Assembly: GCF_020745735.1 (NCBI RefSeq)
Contig: NC_083450.1
Coordinates: 10,041,883-10,105,882 of the forward strand
Reading direction: 5' to 3'
DNA length: 64,000 bases
Source of the DNA: Hemiscyllium ocellatum
Taxonomy: Eukaryota
This document shows, in pieces, positions 1 through 13,000 of this stretch. Position numbers and translations under genes: made by a program. The notes below the pieces were generated by a model. That model saw nothing but the letters and a program-made list of their open reading frames with translations, was not told the origin of the DNA and did not search any database. How positions within the stretch are numbered: the stretch's first letter is position 1; every line of letters starts with the position of its first letter.

Positions 1-379
1 TTTTACTCAATTGCTTTACATTAATCGTCACCGTTTTGTGAAAAGTAAGTCTGTCAGAAGTGTGACTTGTTTGATTGATACTCATACATGTTCGCTTCTT
101 CTGGCCTTGTTTCTGCAACCGATTGTGGCCTACATTCGTCTCTGCATATGACCATGTCATCTGGTTGTGGTTTTAAACCCAATTCTTGAGAACTAGCCTT
201 TTTGGTTTATGTGATTCTCCAGTGCAATTTGAATGATTTCTGTGTTTTCAGAAATGCTGATTATATGTCGAAAGATGACATTGGAAATGTCAATGCTCGG
301 TAATCTATGTACAATCTATTTTAATTGGCTAAGATCTTGAGACAAAGACCAATGTATTTCATTTTGGTGACCTGATGAA

Positions 380-530
380 AGCTGGTTGGAAACGCAAGTC
401 GATTGGAGAATAACAGGAAGTTCAACGGGATATGGATTGGTTAAGTGATGGGAGATCAAATTTGGAGATGGAGTGCAATGTGGAGAATGTGAAATTAATT
501 GCATAGATCATATGAATAGAAAAATAAAAT
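380..530 (+). mobile_element. Degenerate CR1-type LINE RT fragment
   Basis: Translation resembles the CR1 ORF2 stretch KLGG...LQRDIDRL...WQMEFNV, with stops and frameshifts. Confidence 0.45.
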
Positions 531-1589
531 AATTGCAAGTGGTGTGGTACTTGTAAGTTTTAATATTCAAAGAGATGGCTGGACTTGCAAAAGGCATGTG
601 GATGAGTAAGCGTGTTGCTTGTGCAAGCAATTAGAATAACCGGCTATTTTAAAAACGAGTCAATAGGTAGTGAGATGTGACATCGTTTAATATCCATCAC
701 TGTTAAAAATGAATGACGTGAACCATTCGTTCCCTAGACCAATGAGCCAGACATCCCACCTAATATAGGGCAATCTAAAATTAATGATGCCATTGACATA
801 CTGCAGGCTGTTGCTTGAAAAGTGATGTTAAGCTGCAGCTTTCAGTGAGAAGCACATGCATGAATTTTGAATGCGATGTCAACCTGCCGACCAAGAGAAA
901 GCAGAAGAAATTTCGCGGGGTGAAGCCAGAGTTTGAGAGCTGACCTACTGTCTTTGCTGAATGTGAAAGCAGGAGTAAAGGGCATCCTAAGGTCGTTGCC
1001 CTTCTTTGGAAGGTATTGTTGATAAGCGAAGAAAGTAAAGTTTATTGAATTCCTGTATGAGGCTGTATTCTGTAACCGTATTGTTTCAAGTTTCAAAAAA
1101 ACAATTTAATCGTGCAATTTGAGTTTACATTGTGACCCAAGTCTTTCTGTGCTTATAATACTTATTATTACAGCACTTTCGACTTGCATTTTTGTTCTGA
1201 AAGCAACCAATCACCGCTCTTTGTTTCAAGGATAGAGAAGGTACAGAGCGAGACGGTGAAGATTGTGCTGGGCAAACAGGTATCTGATTTATTCCAGAGC
1301 ATTCAGATTTTATCCAATTAACTGGCCTGGACTGCATTGGGTTCACATTTCAAACGTGTGTGTGTGTGCACATTGTGTACACTCCAGCTGAGGGAAGATC
1401 TGATCATTGATTTGGTGCACATCAATCAATGTAACAATGACATAGAATTAACGAAAATAAAATCAACTAATTATATGCCAGGCAGTTCGGAATAGCCATT
1501 ATGAAATATTCATGCACAGGATGTTATCTTTGTTGTCTGTCCAGTATTACAGAGAAACTACGTTTATTTCAGCTGCTTTCTGAAACTGA

Positions 1590-2430
1590 AACAACACACA
1601 CAGACCAAGTCCTAAACTATGAAAGTAACCACCCCAACACACAAACGAAGCTGCATCAGGACACCATTCAAAAGAGCCACAACACACTGCAGTACACCAG
1701 AACTGCAAAAAGAGGAATAGGAAGGTATTCGCCAAAAACGGATACCTGCGCAACTTTATCAACAGATGCCTAAGAGACAGACCACAGAACGAGGACATGC
1801 CACAACCAAAAGGACTAGCCACACTACCATACATCAGGAGCGTTTCAGAACTGACAGCCAGACTACTGCGACCCTTAGGACTCATAACGGCACACAAACC
1901 AACAGCCACGCTCAGACAACAACTCACTAGAACAAAGGACCCGATACCCAACATGAGCCAAACTAATGTAGTTTACAAAATTCCATGCAAGGACTGCACA
2001 AAACACTACATAGGACAAACAGGAAGATAGCTAACAATCCGCATACATGAACATCAACTAGCCACGAAACGACACGACCAGCTATCCCTAGTGGTCACAC
2101 ACGCAGACAACAAGCAACATGAATTCGACTGGGAAAACACTACTATCATAGGGCAAGCCAGACAGAGAACAGCCAGGGAATTCCTAGAGGCATGGCATTC
2201 ATCCACAAACTCCATCAACAAATACATCGACCTGGACCCAATATACCAGCCACTACAGCGGACAGCTGAAGCTAACACCCGGAAGCGGCAAGGACAGACC
2301 ACTATAAATACCGGAAGAAACATCAAAGAAGCGCTTCGCAGGAGGCTCCAGAGCACTGATGATGTCGCCTAGCCAGGGGACGAAACTTTTGCAACAAAAA
2401 CTTCCAGCTCGGCGAACAGAACCACAACAG
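1590..2430 (+). mobile_element. Penelope-like element (PLE family A), 3' part: RT thumb, GIY-YIG endonuclease, pseudo-LTR
   Basis: ORFs 1797-2030 (LPYIRSVSELTARLLRPLG...VVYKIPCKDCTKHYIGQTGR) and 2091-2372 (HEFDWENTTII..AREFLEAW). Flanks align contiguously with 14260-14300, so this is an insertion. Confidence 0.9.
2352..2392 (+). ncRNA. Minimal hammerhead ribozyme motif in PLE pLTR (cleavage site degenerate)
   Basis: gcaCTGATGAtgtcgcctagccaggggacGAAACttttgc. The intact version at 50134-50173 has GAAACGTCtgc. Confidence 0.65.
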
Positions 2431-3659
2431 CATTCTGCATTTATGATGGAGCCGGGATTGAAATTTATGGTTAGAAATGCAATAAATGTTGCGAATGGAA
2501 ACAGTAGATGTCAGTGGCAAGTTGACAGTGATTGTAACTCCTCAGATCAATAGGGATTTGTTTTTACTCTTGGAGTGTCGTTATGTCGTTATCTGTCGAG
2601 CTTCCTGGAGAGCTTGATTCTTCGGGATTTTCTACCACAAACGGCTGTGGAGACTCAGTCTTTGAGTATGTTTCAGTTAAAGGTTGGAGGACTTCACTTG
2701 CCGATGACACATGTGATTTTGTTACTAGTATTTCAGGAAGTCTTTAAAGTGTTTGGTCAATTACAATCCCATTGAATTGAGGGAGAAGTCGACTGGCTGA
2801 TCGGCTCACTCTCGTTCCTAACTTCCCAACACTTCGAAATTCATTGAATTCTCTGGAGACCAAACTGAAATCTGTCCCAGCAAGCAAAGTTCTATACTCT
2901 TTGTATGCCAACGGGCTTAGCTGCGTCAATTGAAGAAACAAAACGATTATATTCCCGTCATATAAAACACCCTCATATGTCTCATCCTTTAAGTACCTAA
3001 CCACTAATTGATTTGATTACCTCCAGTTTCTTAGGCACAATGAAATGAAAAACTAAAACATGACTCTGGCATTTTCATTTTGAGTTTCCTTTGGCATTAT
3101 ATCTTCCATGCACTGATAAGTCTCAGGCAAATTTCTCGCAACTCAAACACTCTGATGAATATGTCCCAACTTGTTACAAAGGAAACAAATGCACTTTTAA
3201 CTTCCATCTCCACGCTCAGTATAACATTTCTGATCTGAGGTGGATCAGAACAGAGTAGCTTTATGGGCCAGCAAATAATCCTCCGTATTTTGATGTTTGT
3301 CTATCAATTGGAATATTTTGATCTTCAAAACGGTTTTTGTTACATTATTTAAGGTAATACGTTTACAAATTCCTCTTCGAGAGCAATCGTACGAAGTACT
3401 TCATACGTGATTGCAGCTACTAATGTTCATATCTAACTGTCAATGTTACGTGTTTTAGTACCTAGAGTACATGCTCTCTCTTGTATTACTCCAAACGTGG
3501 AATTTTGTGTTTGTATCTGTGTTATCTGCATCTTCCTAATTTGGTTAAATGTTGCCTCTAGTTTAGCTGCCAATTCAAACAACTTTGGCTTTGAACGGTC
3601 ACTAAAGACTATCAGATTCAAATCCGCCACATGCAATGAATCCGTTGCAATTTGTAGTG
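2430..3659 (-). pseudogene. Unidentified long coding exon, copy 1 (stops and frameshifts)
   Basis: Homologous to 14290-15414 with third-position synonymous differences in one frame (ALQIAT..DVADL..ELAAKL..QIRK..FG.IQER..AITYEVL; VSFVT.W.IFIR.FELREIC; KDETYEGVLYDGNIIVLFLQL). Confidence 0.7.
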
Positions 3660-4469
3660 CAATTTCTTAAATGCAGGTCAGAACCTGGGTTTTTATTCAC
3701 CTATGGTACTGGTAACTAACGATCATTCTTGTTAAGTCTGTTGCATGACGCAGCCTGGATAAGCCAGCAACTTCTTTCACACAATACTTGTCTGGCGTCG
3801 TGGAAATCGAATTCTTCCATCCTGGAACTGTTTCCAGTTTTAAGATTTTCTCAATTCACATAAAATTCCCCAATTTAACTTCCAACTCAAATTATGTTAA
3901 GAGAGAGAATGAGAAAAGATCAGGTTTTATACTTGCCTTTCGCTTCGGCATGCATACAGAGTGGAAAGACTAAAAAGTAATGCATTTGTCATTGTCAATG
4001 GTCCTAGTTCACAGTTCACTGCCATGACTTGTTATTCTTTAATTTCACTACTCCATATTCTTTTCACTCCTTTGCAGGATGCCATTTAACTGCATTATTT
4101 TTAGTTACTAGTTATAGCTACAACATGCAATGCCGGATAAAGAAAGAAAGCTTGCTGTTTTGTCTTTACCTATTTTACCGTGGAGAAATGGGCAAATATT
4201 GAACATCCTGAGATTTCTGCCAATACTCACAAGTTGTTCAACTTCCAATCCGACAATGAGATAGAGTTTTGAAGCCTATGGACTGTATTAAACACACTTT
4301 GACGAAAAGAAAGAAATCAACTACTTGTTTCCTACCCAATTTTACTTTATATATACAGTACACACAATGGTGCTAGCCAGTCTGCAAGAAGATTGCTCTG
4401 AAGAAACATGGAAACAGAACTTGCAATGTGTTTCATTAAGTTCACGAGTAGAAGATAGAATCCCTACAA

Positions 4470-4745
4470 TGCAGAGGCAGAAGATTTCGCCCATAGAGTC
4501 TACACCAGCCCTCCCAAAAGTAACTCCATCACGCTACCCTTACATTTCCCACAGCTGATGAAGCCAGCCTGCACACTATAGCATGGCCAACCAACCTCAC
4601 CTGCACGTGCTTCGATTGTGGGAGGAAACCAGAGCAAACGCAGATATGGGGACAATGTGCACACTACACAGAGACAGTCATCCGAAGCTGGAAACGAACG
4701 CAGAACCGCCATACTGTGAGGCAGCATTAGTAACCACTGAGCCAC
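4470..4745 (-). mobile_element. HE1-type (V-SINE) tRNA-derived SINE
   Basis: Reverse complement has the tRNA-like head (gtggctcagtggttac) and central V-domain (tgtagtgtgcacattgtcccc..ggtttcctcccac). Confidence 0.85.
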
Positions 4746-5117
4746 AATGCCTTCACAATGCAGTCATTCATTCCACAACTGCTGTTTCAAATATTCGATT
4801 TTCTAACTAAGTCTGCAATCAACAAAATAGAACATTTAAGCATTTGATATTTAATTTTCTTTGGTAACATACGGAATGATTTTCTAAACAAATTTTTGAT
4901 CGGTCGGTATGCCTGCGTTTTTGGTAATATAATTTAATTTGTGCATTCCATTGCGACTGTTGAAGTAAGTCAGTCATTTCTATTTGTACTGTTAGATTAT
5001 TAAAAATGAATTGACTACAAAACACCTGTGAAAATATCAATGCGTCCTCAATATGCCTTGCCTATATTTTTTCATCACATCTTGTTTTTAATTCCACTGT
5101 TTACTTCATCTCCGCAG

Positions 5118-6000
5118 TTAATGTATTAACCATTGTCATCCTTGTAAGCTCGAAATATGGTCTGTCGAATTGTCTGACTCATTACCTGCTGGCGATGATT
5201 GGCGCTGATCAATGAATCATTATCATCGATTTGATATTCCAAATGTTTATGAAGAAAATTTTAATTTCATTCTCTACATCTCTGTGTATGATATCCATGC
5301 CGTTTTGCTTTATCCAGTCACTGATTGCTCTGCCTGGTTCACCGTTACTTTGACATTTGATCGATTTGTGTCCATTTGTTGCTCAAATCTGAAGCATACA
5401 TACTGTGGTGAGAAAACAGCTGCTATGGTTCTGGGATAGTGACTTGGATCAGCTGTTTGAAGAATAGCTTCTGCATTTTATGTTCACAGGTGAGTATTTT
5501 ATGTAGAACCTACCCTGTATTTGTGTCGTCGCAAAAGCCATTGCAGTGTCTCCTCTCTGGGTAACACAAGAGTTCCTCCACAACATTCTAACTCCGGGCA
5601 TTCCATTTATCCTAATACTGCTGCTCAATGCTGTCACTACGAGATATATTTTATTTATGACCAAATCCTGCAGGAGACTCCGTGTTCACAGCACTGGGAG
5701 AACCCCAAAGATACAGAGAAGGAGAATAGAAAGAAATCCATCATACTTCTGCTTGTTATCTCGTTAAATTTTATTTTGTTACGGGCAATGTTAATGGTTG
5801 ACTCGATATGGTACCATATGTATAATTTATGGTTCCAGTCTGTATCTATAGATAAACTTGTGATGGAATTGTGCTTCATGCTGCAGCTCCAGAATTGCTG
5901 CACAAACACTCTGATCTATGCTGCAATCCAGAAAAGGTTCAGAGAAAAATTGATGACTATGCTTAGATATTCATTTCATCCAATTCTTCACTGCATTCAA
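5118..6000 (+). pseudogene. GPR139/GPR142-like class A GPCR, main (second) exon, disrupted
   Basis: Acceptor ctccgcag|; VNVLTIVILVSSKYGLSNCLTHYLLAMIGAD; TDCSAWFTVTLTFDRFVSICCSNLKHTYCGEKTAA; LTPGIPFILILLLNAVTTRYI; ENRKKSIILL; NCCTNTLIYAAIQKRFRE. In-frame stop at 5437 plus frameshifts. Confidence 0.88.
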
Positions 6001-6571
6001 CAATTTGACAAAAACAACTACAACAATGAGTTGATCAGAATTAATTCATTTCATGTAGTATTTGCACTATGGAAGGTGGCTTGTCTGCATGCCAATGGGT
6101 TATCAATGAGATCTGTAATTGAGATAAAGAACATGGTGCAAGTCAGATCTGTTCCTATACACGATCTCTTTTTCTGTAGCAAGTTGATATGGGGATATAA
6201 GCTACCACAATAATCGACATCGTAATTGCATGAATTAATAACATTAAATTAGCTGCTCATTCTTGACTGTTCTCATGTGTACGCATCAGGGATCCAGTTT
6301 TCATCACCCAGACTGACATTTCATCAATGTAACATAAATCTTTATTGTTCACATTGGCTCCATCTACTTTAATGGCTGTCTGATCATCCGCACATATGCT
6401 GTCATGAAAACTATTAATCGGTATTGTCTTTGCTGCTGGGAGGTCACAAGGGTGATTTCATACCTCCTGGAGACTTTGAGCTAAATGAAACTCAATTCTC
6501 GCTTGTTGTGGTACATATTTTTTACATCCGTTACAGAATTTGATATTTTCATTTTGGATCTTGATGCCTTA

Positions 6572-7230
6572 TGTTATGGACCAGACGAGATTCCCACAAA
6601 TATTTAAAGAATGTAGCACATATCCAACCCTTTCTTATTTTATAAGTATATGTGGAATGCCTGCTCCAGATGTGATGTGAATTGTCAAACCAAATATCGC
6701 TAAGCAACACAATTGATTTGAAATATTTCTTAAATTACAAACAAAAACAAGAAAGAAGAATTTCTAACAATAACTAATGCTGGAAAACTTACTGAATAAT
6801 AGATAAAATACCTATTACTAATAAAACGTCCTAAGAGAGCACCATGTCACAAACGCACACCTTGGAAACCACACAAATTCAGGCACAGATTCTAACATGC
6901 AATTCTCCAAGCCAGGAAAAAATTAACTGACGTTTCTTATTTTCTGAGACTTCTGCCCGCAACAGATAAAAGAACCTAGAAACTAAGCATGCAAACGTTC
7001 ACTATTACATTCGACTTCCAACCGTTTAGTCCCGGCACCGGACGCCCCTGTCTTTCTTAATTAAACTCATGAAACGTCCCTAACTCTAACGCAATCCTTA
7101 AACTTAAGCCTTTCCCGAATACGATTACGTTTTTACAACCTGCCACGCCGATAATTTTCAAAATGAATCACTGCAATTAAACTGCACTTAAACAGTCTGG
7201 AATTATTGTCCTTAAATTTCTACAAAAAGT
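6572..7230 (-). mobile_element. LTR (3' LTR of the minus-strand Gypsy element, or a related LTR)
   Basis: Starts tgttatggaccagacgagattcc..aaatatttaaagaa, homologous to the LTR ends at 12908 and 52232. Confidence 0.6.
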
Positions 7231-7860
7231 TTAGTGGACAATGATCAATGTATAGAATTGTCTCAGACACATTACTGGCAACATCAATGTTGATATGTTG
7301 CAACCCAACAACAGGCTCAGGTTTCCTTCTCAATGATCCAAGGCTTCTGTTGATAAGCATTCAATTTTCTGGAAGAATCCCCAATAGATCTTTCTATCTT
7401 CTCATCATCTTCTAGTAATGTTAAAAGTCACACAATGCCAGTTTAAAGTTTATTTGAAAATGCGAACAACTGGAGCACTGTTCTTTCAACAGCTACAGCA
7501 CCAATACCCAGATCCCTCACTTCAAATGGTTTTGCGTAATTAAGTATGGTGACTACTGGGGCATGGTTAACACAGCTTTCCGGCTTTGAACTGTCTTCTG
7601 ACAGTTTGTCGTCGACTGAAGTTTTCAGCACATCTTCATTAAATCAATCAATGGAGCAAACACACTGCCGGAATTCAGTACGAACGTCTCATAAAACTCA
7701 CTAAATTCCAGAAATTGTGGTCTGCCCTCTTCATCAATATTATGGGAAGTTTTGTAACAACGTTTGTTTTCACATGCCAGGATGAACTCTGTCCATGTCC
7801 AATAATATGGTCCAAGAACACTGGGCTTTTGCGTGTTCAATCTTAGCCTGGGGCCTCGCA

Positions 7861-9430
7861 AAGTCATAGAGTCAAAGAGTCTTAGAGATGTACAGCATGG
7901 AAACAGACTCATTGATCCAACCTATCCATGCAGACTAGATATCTAGTTCCACCTACCAGCACCTGGCCCATATCCCTCCAAACCCTTCCTATTCATATAC
8001 CTATCCAAAAGCTTCTTAAATGTTGCAATTGTATCAGCCTCCACCACTTCCTCTGGCAGCTCATTCCATACACTTAACACCATCTGCATGAAAATGTTGC
8101 CCTTTAGGTCTCTTTTATAGCATTCCCCTCTCACCCTAAAACTATGCACTCTTGTTCTGGAGTCGCCGATTCCAGGGAAAAGAGTTTGTCCACTTATCCT
8201 ATCCATGCCCCTCATAATTTTGTAAACCGCTATAAAAGGTCACCCCTCCGCCTCCGACGCTCCAGGGAAAACAGCCCCAGCCTGATCAACCTCTCTCTAT
8301 AGCTCAAATCCTTCCAAAACTGGCAACATCCTTGTAAATCTTTTCTGAACCCTTTCAAGTTTCACGACATCTTTCCGATAGGAAGCAGACCAGAATTGTA
8401 GGCAATATTCCAACAGTGGCCAAACCAATGTCCTGTACAGCCATCACATCACCTCCCAACTCCTGTACTCAATACTCTGAAAAATAAAGGAAAGCATACC
8501 AAACACCTTCTTCATTAACCTATCTACCTGCCACTCCACATTGAAGGAGCTATGACCCTGTACTCCAAGGTCTCTTTGTTCAGCAACACTCACTGGGACC
8601 TTACCATTAAGTTTATAAGGCCGGCTAAGATTTGCTTTCCCAAAATGCAGCACGTTGCATTTATCTGAATTAAACTCCATCTGCCACTTCTCAGCCCATT
8701 GGCCCATCCGATCCAGATCCTGTTGTAATCTGCGGTATCCCTCTTTGCTATCCACTACAACTCCAATTTTGGTGTCATCTGCAAGCTTACTAACTGTACC
8801 TCTTATGCTCGCATCCAAATCATTTACTTAAATTACAAAAAGTAGAGGACCCAGCACCAACCCTTGTGACACTCGACTGGTCACAGGCCTCCAGTCTGAA
8901 AAACAACCCTCCACCACCACCCTCTGTCTTCTCCCTTTGAGCCAGTTTAAATGGCTAGTTCTCCCTGTATTCCATGAGACCTAACGTTGCTAATCAATCT
9001 CCCATGGGCAACCTCGTCGAACGCCTTTCTGAAGAACATATAGATCACAACTACTGCTCTGCCCTCATCAATCTTCTTTGTTACTTCATCAAAAAACTCA
9101 ATCATGTTTGTGAGACATGATTGCCCACGCACAAAGCCATGTTGCATTCCCGAATCAGTCCTTGCCTTTCCAAATATATGTACATCCTGTCCCTCAGGAT
9201 TCCCTCCAACAACTTGGCCACTACTGAAGTCAGGCTCACCGGTCTATAGTTCCCTGGCTTGTCTTTACCGCCATTCTTAAACTGTGGCACCACGTTTGCC
9301 AACCTCCAGTCTTCTGGCACCTCACCTGTGACTGTCAATGATAAAATATCTCAGCAAGAGGCCCAGCAATCACATCTCTGGCTTCCCGTAGAGTTCTCGG
9401 ATATACCTGATCAAGTCCTGGGGATTTATC
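7861..9430 (-). mobile_element. CR1/HER1 LINE 3' half, inserted between RT and RH of the Gypsy element
   Basis: ORFs 9102-9338 (WRLANVVP.FK.G.KDKPGNYRPVSLTSVV), 8947-9147 (QHGFVRGQSCLTN), 8444-8818 (SKLADDTKIG), 7943-8215; 3' tail at 7861-7930. Confidence 0.92.
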
Positions 9431-9984
9431 CACCTCAAAAGACTCCAATGAATACTGCAAATAGTCCGGCCATTTACTCCAGAAATGACTTGATTAATTA
9501 GTCTTTGAAATGTGGATGATACATTTTTATACCAAATCGCATGACTTTACATTGGTATATTCCAAGTGGTGTCACACAAGTTGAAATCGCCCTTCTTTCT
9601 GATAAAGGTACTTGCCAGTGTCCTCTGAGTAACTCCAACTTAGAAATATAGGTTGCTTGTCCCACCTTCGCAATACAGTCTTCTTGACATAGAATCAGAT
9701 ATGATTCAGGCTTCATAACCTCATTGACTTTGCGATAGTCTACACATGATCATTCGGTAGCATCTGGTTTTGGCAGTATTACTATAGGCGAGCTCCAGTC
9801 ACTGCAATTCACTTTGATTTGGTTGTTTTTGAGCATGTGTCAGTCTCTTTTTGAATTTGTGCTAAATTTAGAGTGATAAATCTAAAATTATGCTGCTTAA
9901 TCATAACAACATTTACTACATCTACATCATGTGTTATTAGATTAGTTAGATGAGGACTTATTTACTGCTCTGGTTTTCTTGTGG

Positions 9985-10050
9985 AGACATCAGATTCCTT
10001 ACAGTGTGGAAACAGGCCCTTCAGCCCAACAGTTCCACACCGACCTGCTG
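9985..10050 (-). mobile_element. HE1 SINE / CR1 3' tail remnant
   Basis: agattccttacagtgtggaaacaggcccttcagcccaac matches the tails of the full SINE copies. Confidence 0.65.
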
Positions 10051-13000
10051 TCGGATAACTCTTTCATTTCGATTTTCTTCTGGAAGGTAACTCACTAATT
10101 TATTCCAATTTTGGAGAACTTCATCATTGCACAATTTAATTTGAGAAATGTCCGATTCAGACTGCTCTGAACTTGGTTCTTCGTTCTGTGTTGTAACCAG
10201 TTACACCTTCTCCTTTTAATTTCCTTTCTATCCAAATACCTTTTGAGCATATTCATATGACAGTCTGTGAGATTTCCTTCTCTTTTGCAGTCTTATCAAA
10301 TCGTTCATCTCACTCAATCTTCTTTCAATTTAATAAGCTCCACTAAACCTTCATTTTACAGAATCACCTATTGCTGTCTTATTGAGATTTTTTGATTTCT
10401 TGTCTGCTTCCTGTTTCATTGGATGCCATGATACTTTTAAATGCTGTCTAGCCAACTACCCATCTCTATTTAATCATTCCCTAAAATTTGACACATAATA
10501 CAAATATGTAGTCTCTGAATTCTGACTGAGTCATTCGCCCTTTATTAATTTTAGTGGTCTCTCATGTCATGCTCAAAAACCAATTCAAATGGACTGAATT
10601 TGATCGTTTAATTTAGTGCATCTCTGATTGCAAAAAAAAAGGAAACAGAATTCCCTTCTCCCAATCATTGGTTATCTTGACTATAAGCCCTCAACATGGT
10701 CTTTAATGTCTGATGCCATTTTTCGCGCTCCCTGCTATTCTGGATGGTACGCAAAAGATTTGAATTGTTTTATTTCTATGACGTCCATAACTTCCTTGAT
10801 TAACTTTGATGTAAAGTTTTACCCTTGATCTGCTTGTATCTCTGTCAGTAGTCCATACCCACTGAAAAATTGTATAATTCCTCTCCAATCCTTTCAGCTG
10901 TGATATTGATAACAGAACGGCCTCTGGAAATCTAGTCGACACAACTATTATTGCGAAACAATACCGATTTCTACTTTTTGTTTGAGGTAGATGACCTACA
11001 CACTCAAATCAAGCTCTTGTAAAAGGTTTTGCAAATGCAAGATTCGGGATTGTGTGGATTTTATTACTGCCTGTTCTTTTCCAATAATCTGACATGTATA
11101 ACACATCTACCACTACTCAAATGCATCCTTGTGCGATACAGGCCAGTAAAAATGTTTTTGTATTTTAGGTTGAGTTTTTCTCATTCCTAAATGACCCCTG
11201 AGTAGTAGCTCATTCGCCATTCACAACGCCTGCTTTGTATAACCCACTGACAATAAGGATTGGATGAACCTCTGTCCATATCTCATCTACCTGAATATAT
11301 GATGGCCTCCATTCCCTCATTAGGACATCATTTTTAAGAGAATAACATTCCAGAATGCATTTGGATTCCTTTTTGTGTATACCTTTTGATACAATTGCTT
11401 TATGTTTCACCTTTCTGCTGTAACTCAATGAATTTATCTGAGCTAAAGGTATCTCCATTGTTATCTATCTGCTCCTGGTTTGTACCAAACATGTGATCAA
11501 ACAGGGTCTCTGCTCATTCCACTCAACTTTCTGATCTGTATGCTTTAATGTCTCCAGTTTCAAATGATGACTTTGAGACCACGTTACCACACTGCCAAGA
11601 AAATTCCAGGAGATGTCTCCTGGAATAGCTCAGTTGCCTGTGTTTCCATTGGCTTTTCAACCACAATAGGCAGCACTCCTGCTAGTGAATCAGCTATATC
11701 ATTAGCAAGGACAAATTGTAATCCTGGAGCTGGGAGTTTGTCTAGTACTTCTACCACGAATTCTCCACTCCTCAATGGAGAGTCTAAGCTCACTTTACAT
11801 AACTGATCACTTTTTGTCTCACCGTGAATTCCCATTACTAGTACATTTCTGGCCATAGTCCTTCAGACGTGCATATCTCCTGATCTTTCAGCACCACATA
11901 TTGAGGGGATCCTGTGTCTCTTAATTTGGTAACCTCTTTGCCTTCGGCCCATGGCCTATGAGAGTAAACTTTACCTTCATAGGTTAATAGTTTTTGAAGA
12001 TCTGGCCCTTCCTCTTTAACTAACCTCCGACCAGCTTGTACATTGTGGTACAGCTTTCTAGCCTCCGCTGTGCTTTCTGTTACCACCGCAACAAAATTTC
12101 AGTGGCTTATCCTGTTTTCCTACATCTACCTTCCCACCAGTACTGTGATTTCATGTGGACTACGATGATGCAGGAAAGACATTGGAGTTTTCTTAATTTC
12201 TCTGTCCCCTTCAATGGTTTCCTTTTTAACCTGTGGTAAGTTATCCTTGTGATCTTCGCCGAGACCTACCTTTCCCTTTCCAAGTATTTCTTTTTCTCCC
12301 AATTTCTGTCCCTCATGGATTGAATTTGATTCTGGAAGCCAAATTTCGCTTTATGTCCAATTCACAATCATCAGTCATTTCAGCTGCCAATCCTGCCGTT
12401 TTAACTCTCTTCTGTTCCACACGAGTTCTCACTACTTCAGAAAGAAAATTTTTGAACTCCTGTCTCAGTGCCAATATCGAAGTTCAAACTCACTCTCTTT
12501 TAATCTCTTTTCTGCTTTTCATCATAATTTCTTGTCTTTTGTCTCTAACCCAAGCTGTTTCTACTTTGACTTGGATTGTAGCCATCTCGAAAGATTCTGA
12601 TGGCGTTTCCAGCAAATTTAAACGCTGAGCTACTGCTGTAATTAATTCTCCTTTCCTCGTGGAAGGAGCCGTATCCAACTCCAGCTTGTCTGCTCATTCC
12701 AGCAGCTTGGCCTTAATCACCTTTTGCAAAACCCCCAGAATATTCTTGGTAACGGAAAAAGCAATTGCTATTCCAAGCACTGTTTCAACCAACCAAAATC
12801 AACACCCACAGCAAAACATACGAACACCTACCACTCACTGCCTTCAAGTCCAACAACTCTAATCCCAATTTGGAACTACAGAACAAATCCAAAACGAGCC
12901 TCCAGCCTATTATAGACCAGGCCAGATCCCTGAAAACATTTCAAGAAGGGAGCGCAGATCATAACTTTGTTTATTGTTTTAAGGACGTGTAAAGTGTTTA

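Noticed and set aside
250-299. 50-nt segment with good acceptor and donor
   Set aside because: No recognisable product or partner exons in the window
5521-6213. 230-aa ORF as an intact GPCR
   Set aside because: Only the TM6-TM7 part is in the GPCR frame; upstream stops and frameshifts break the gene
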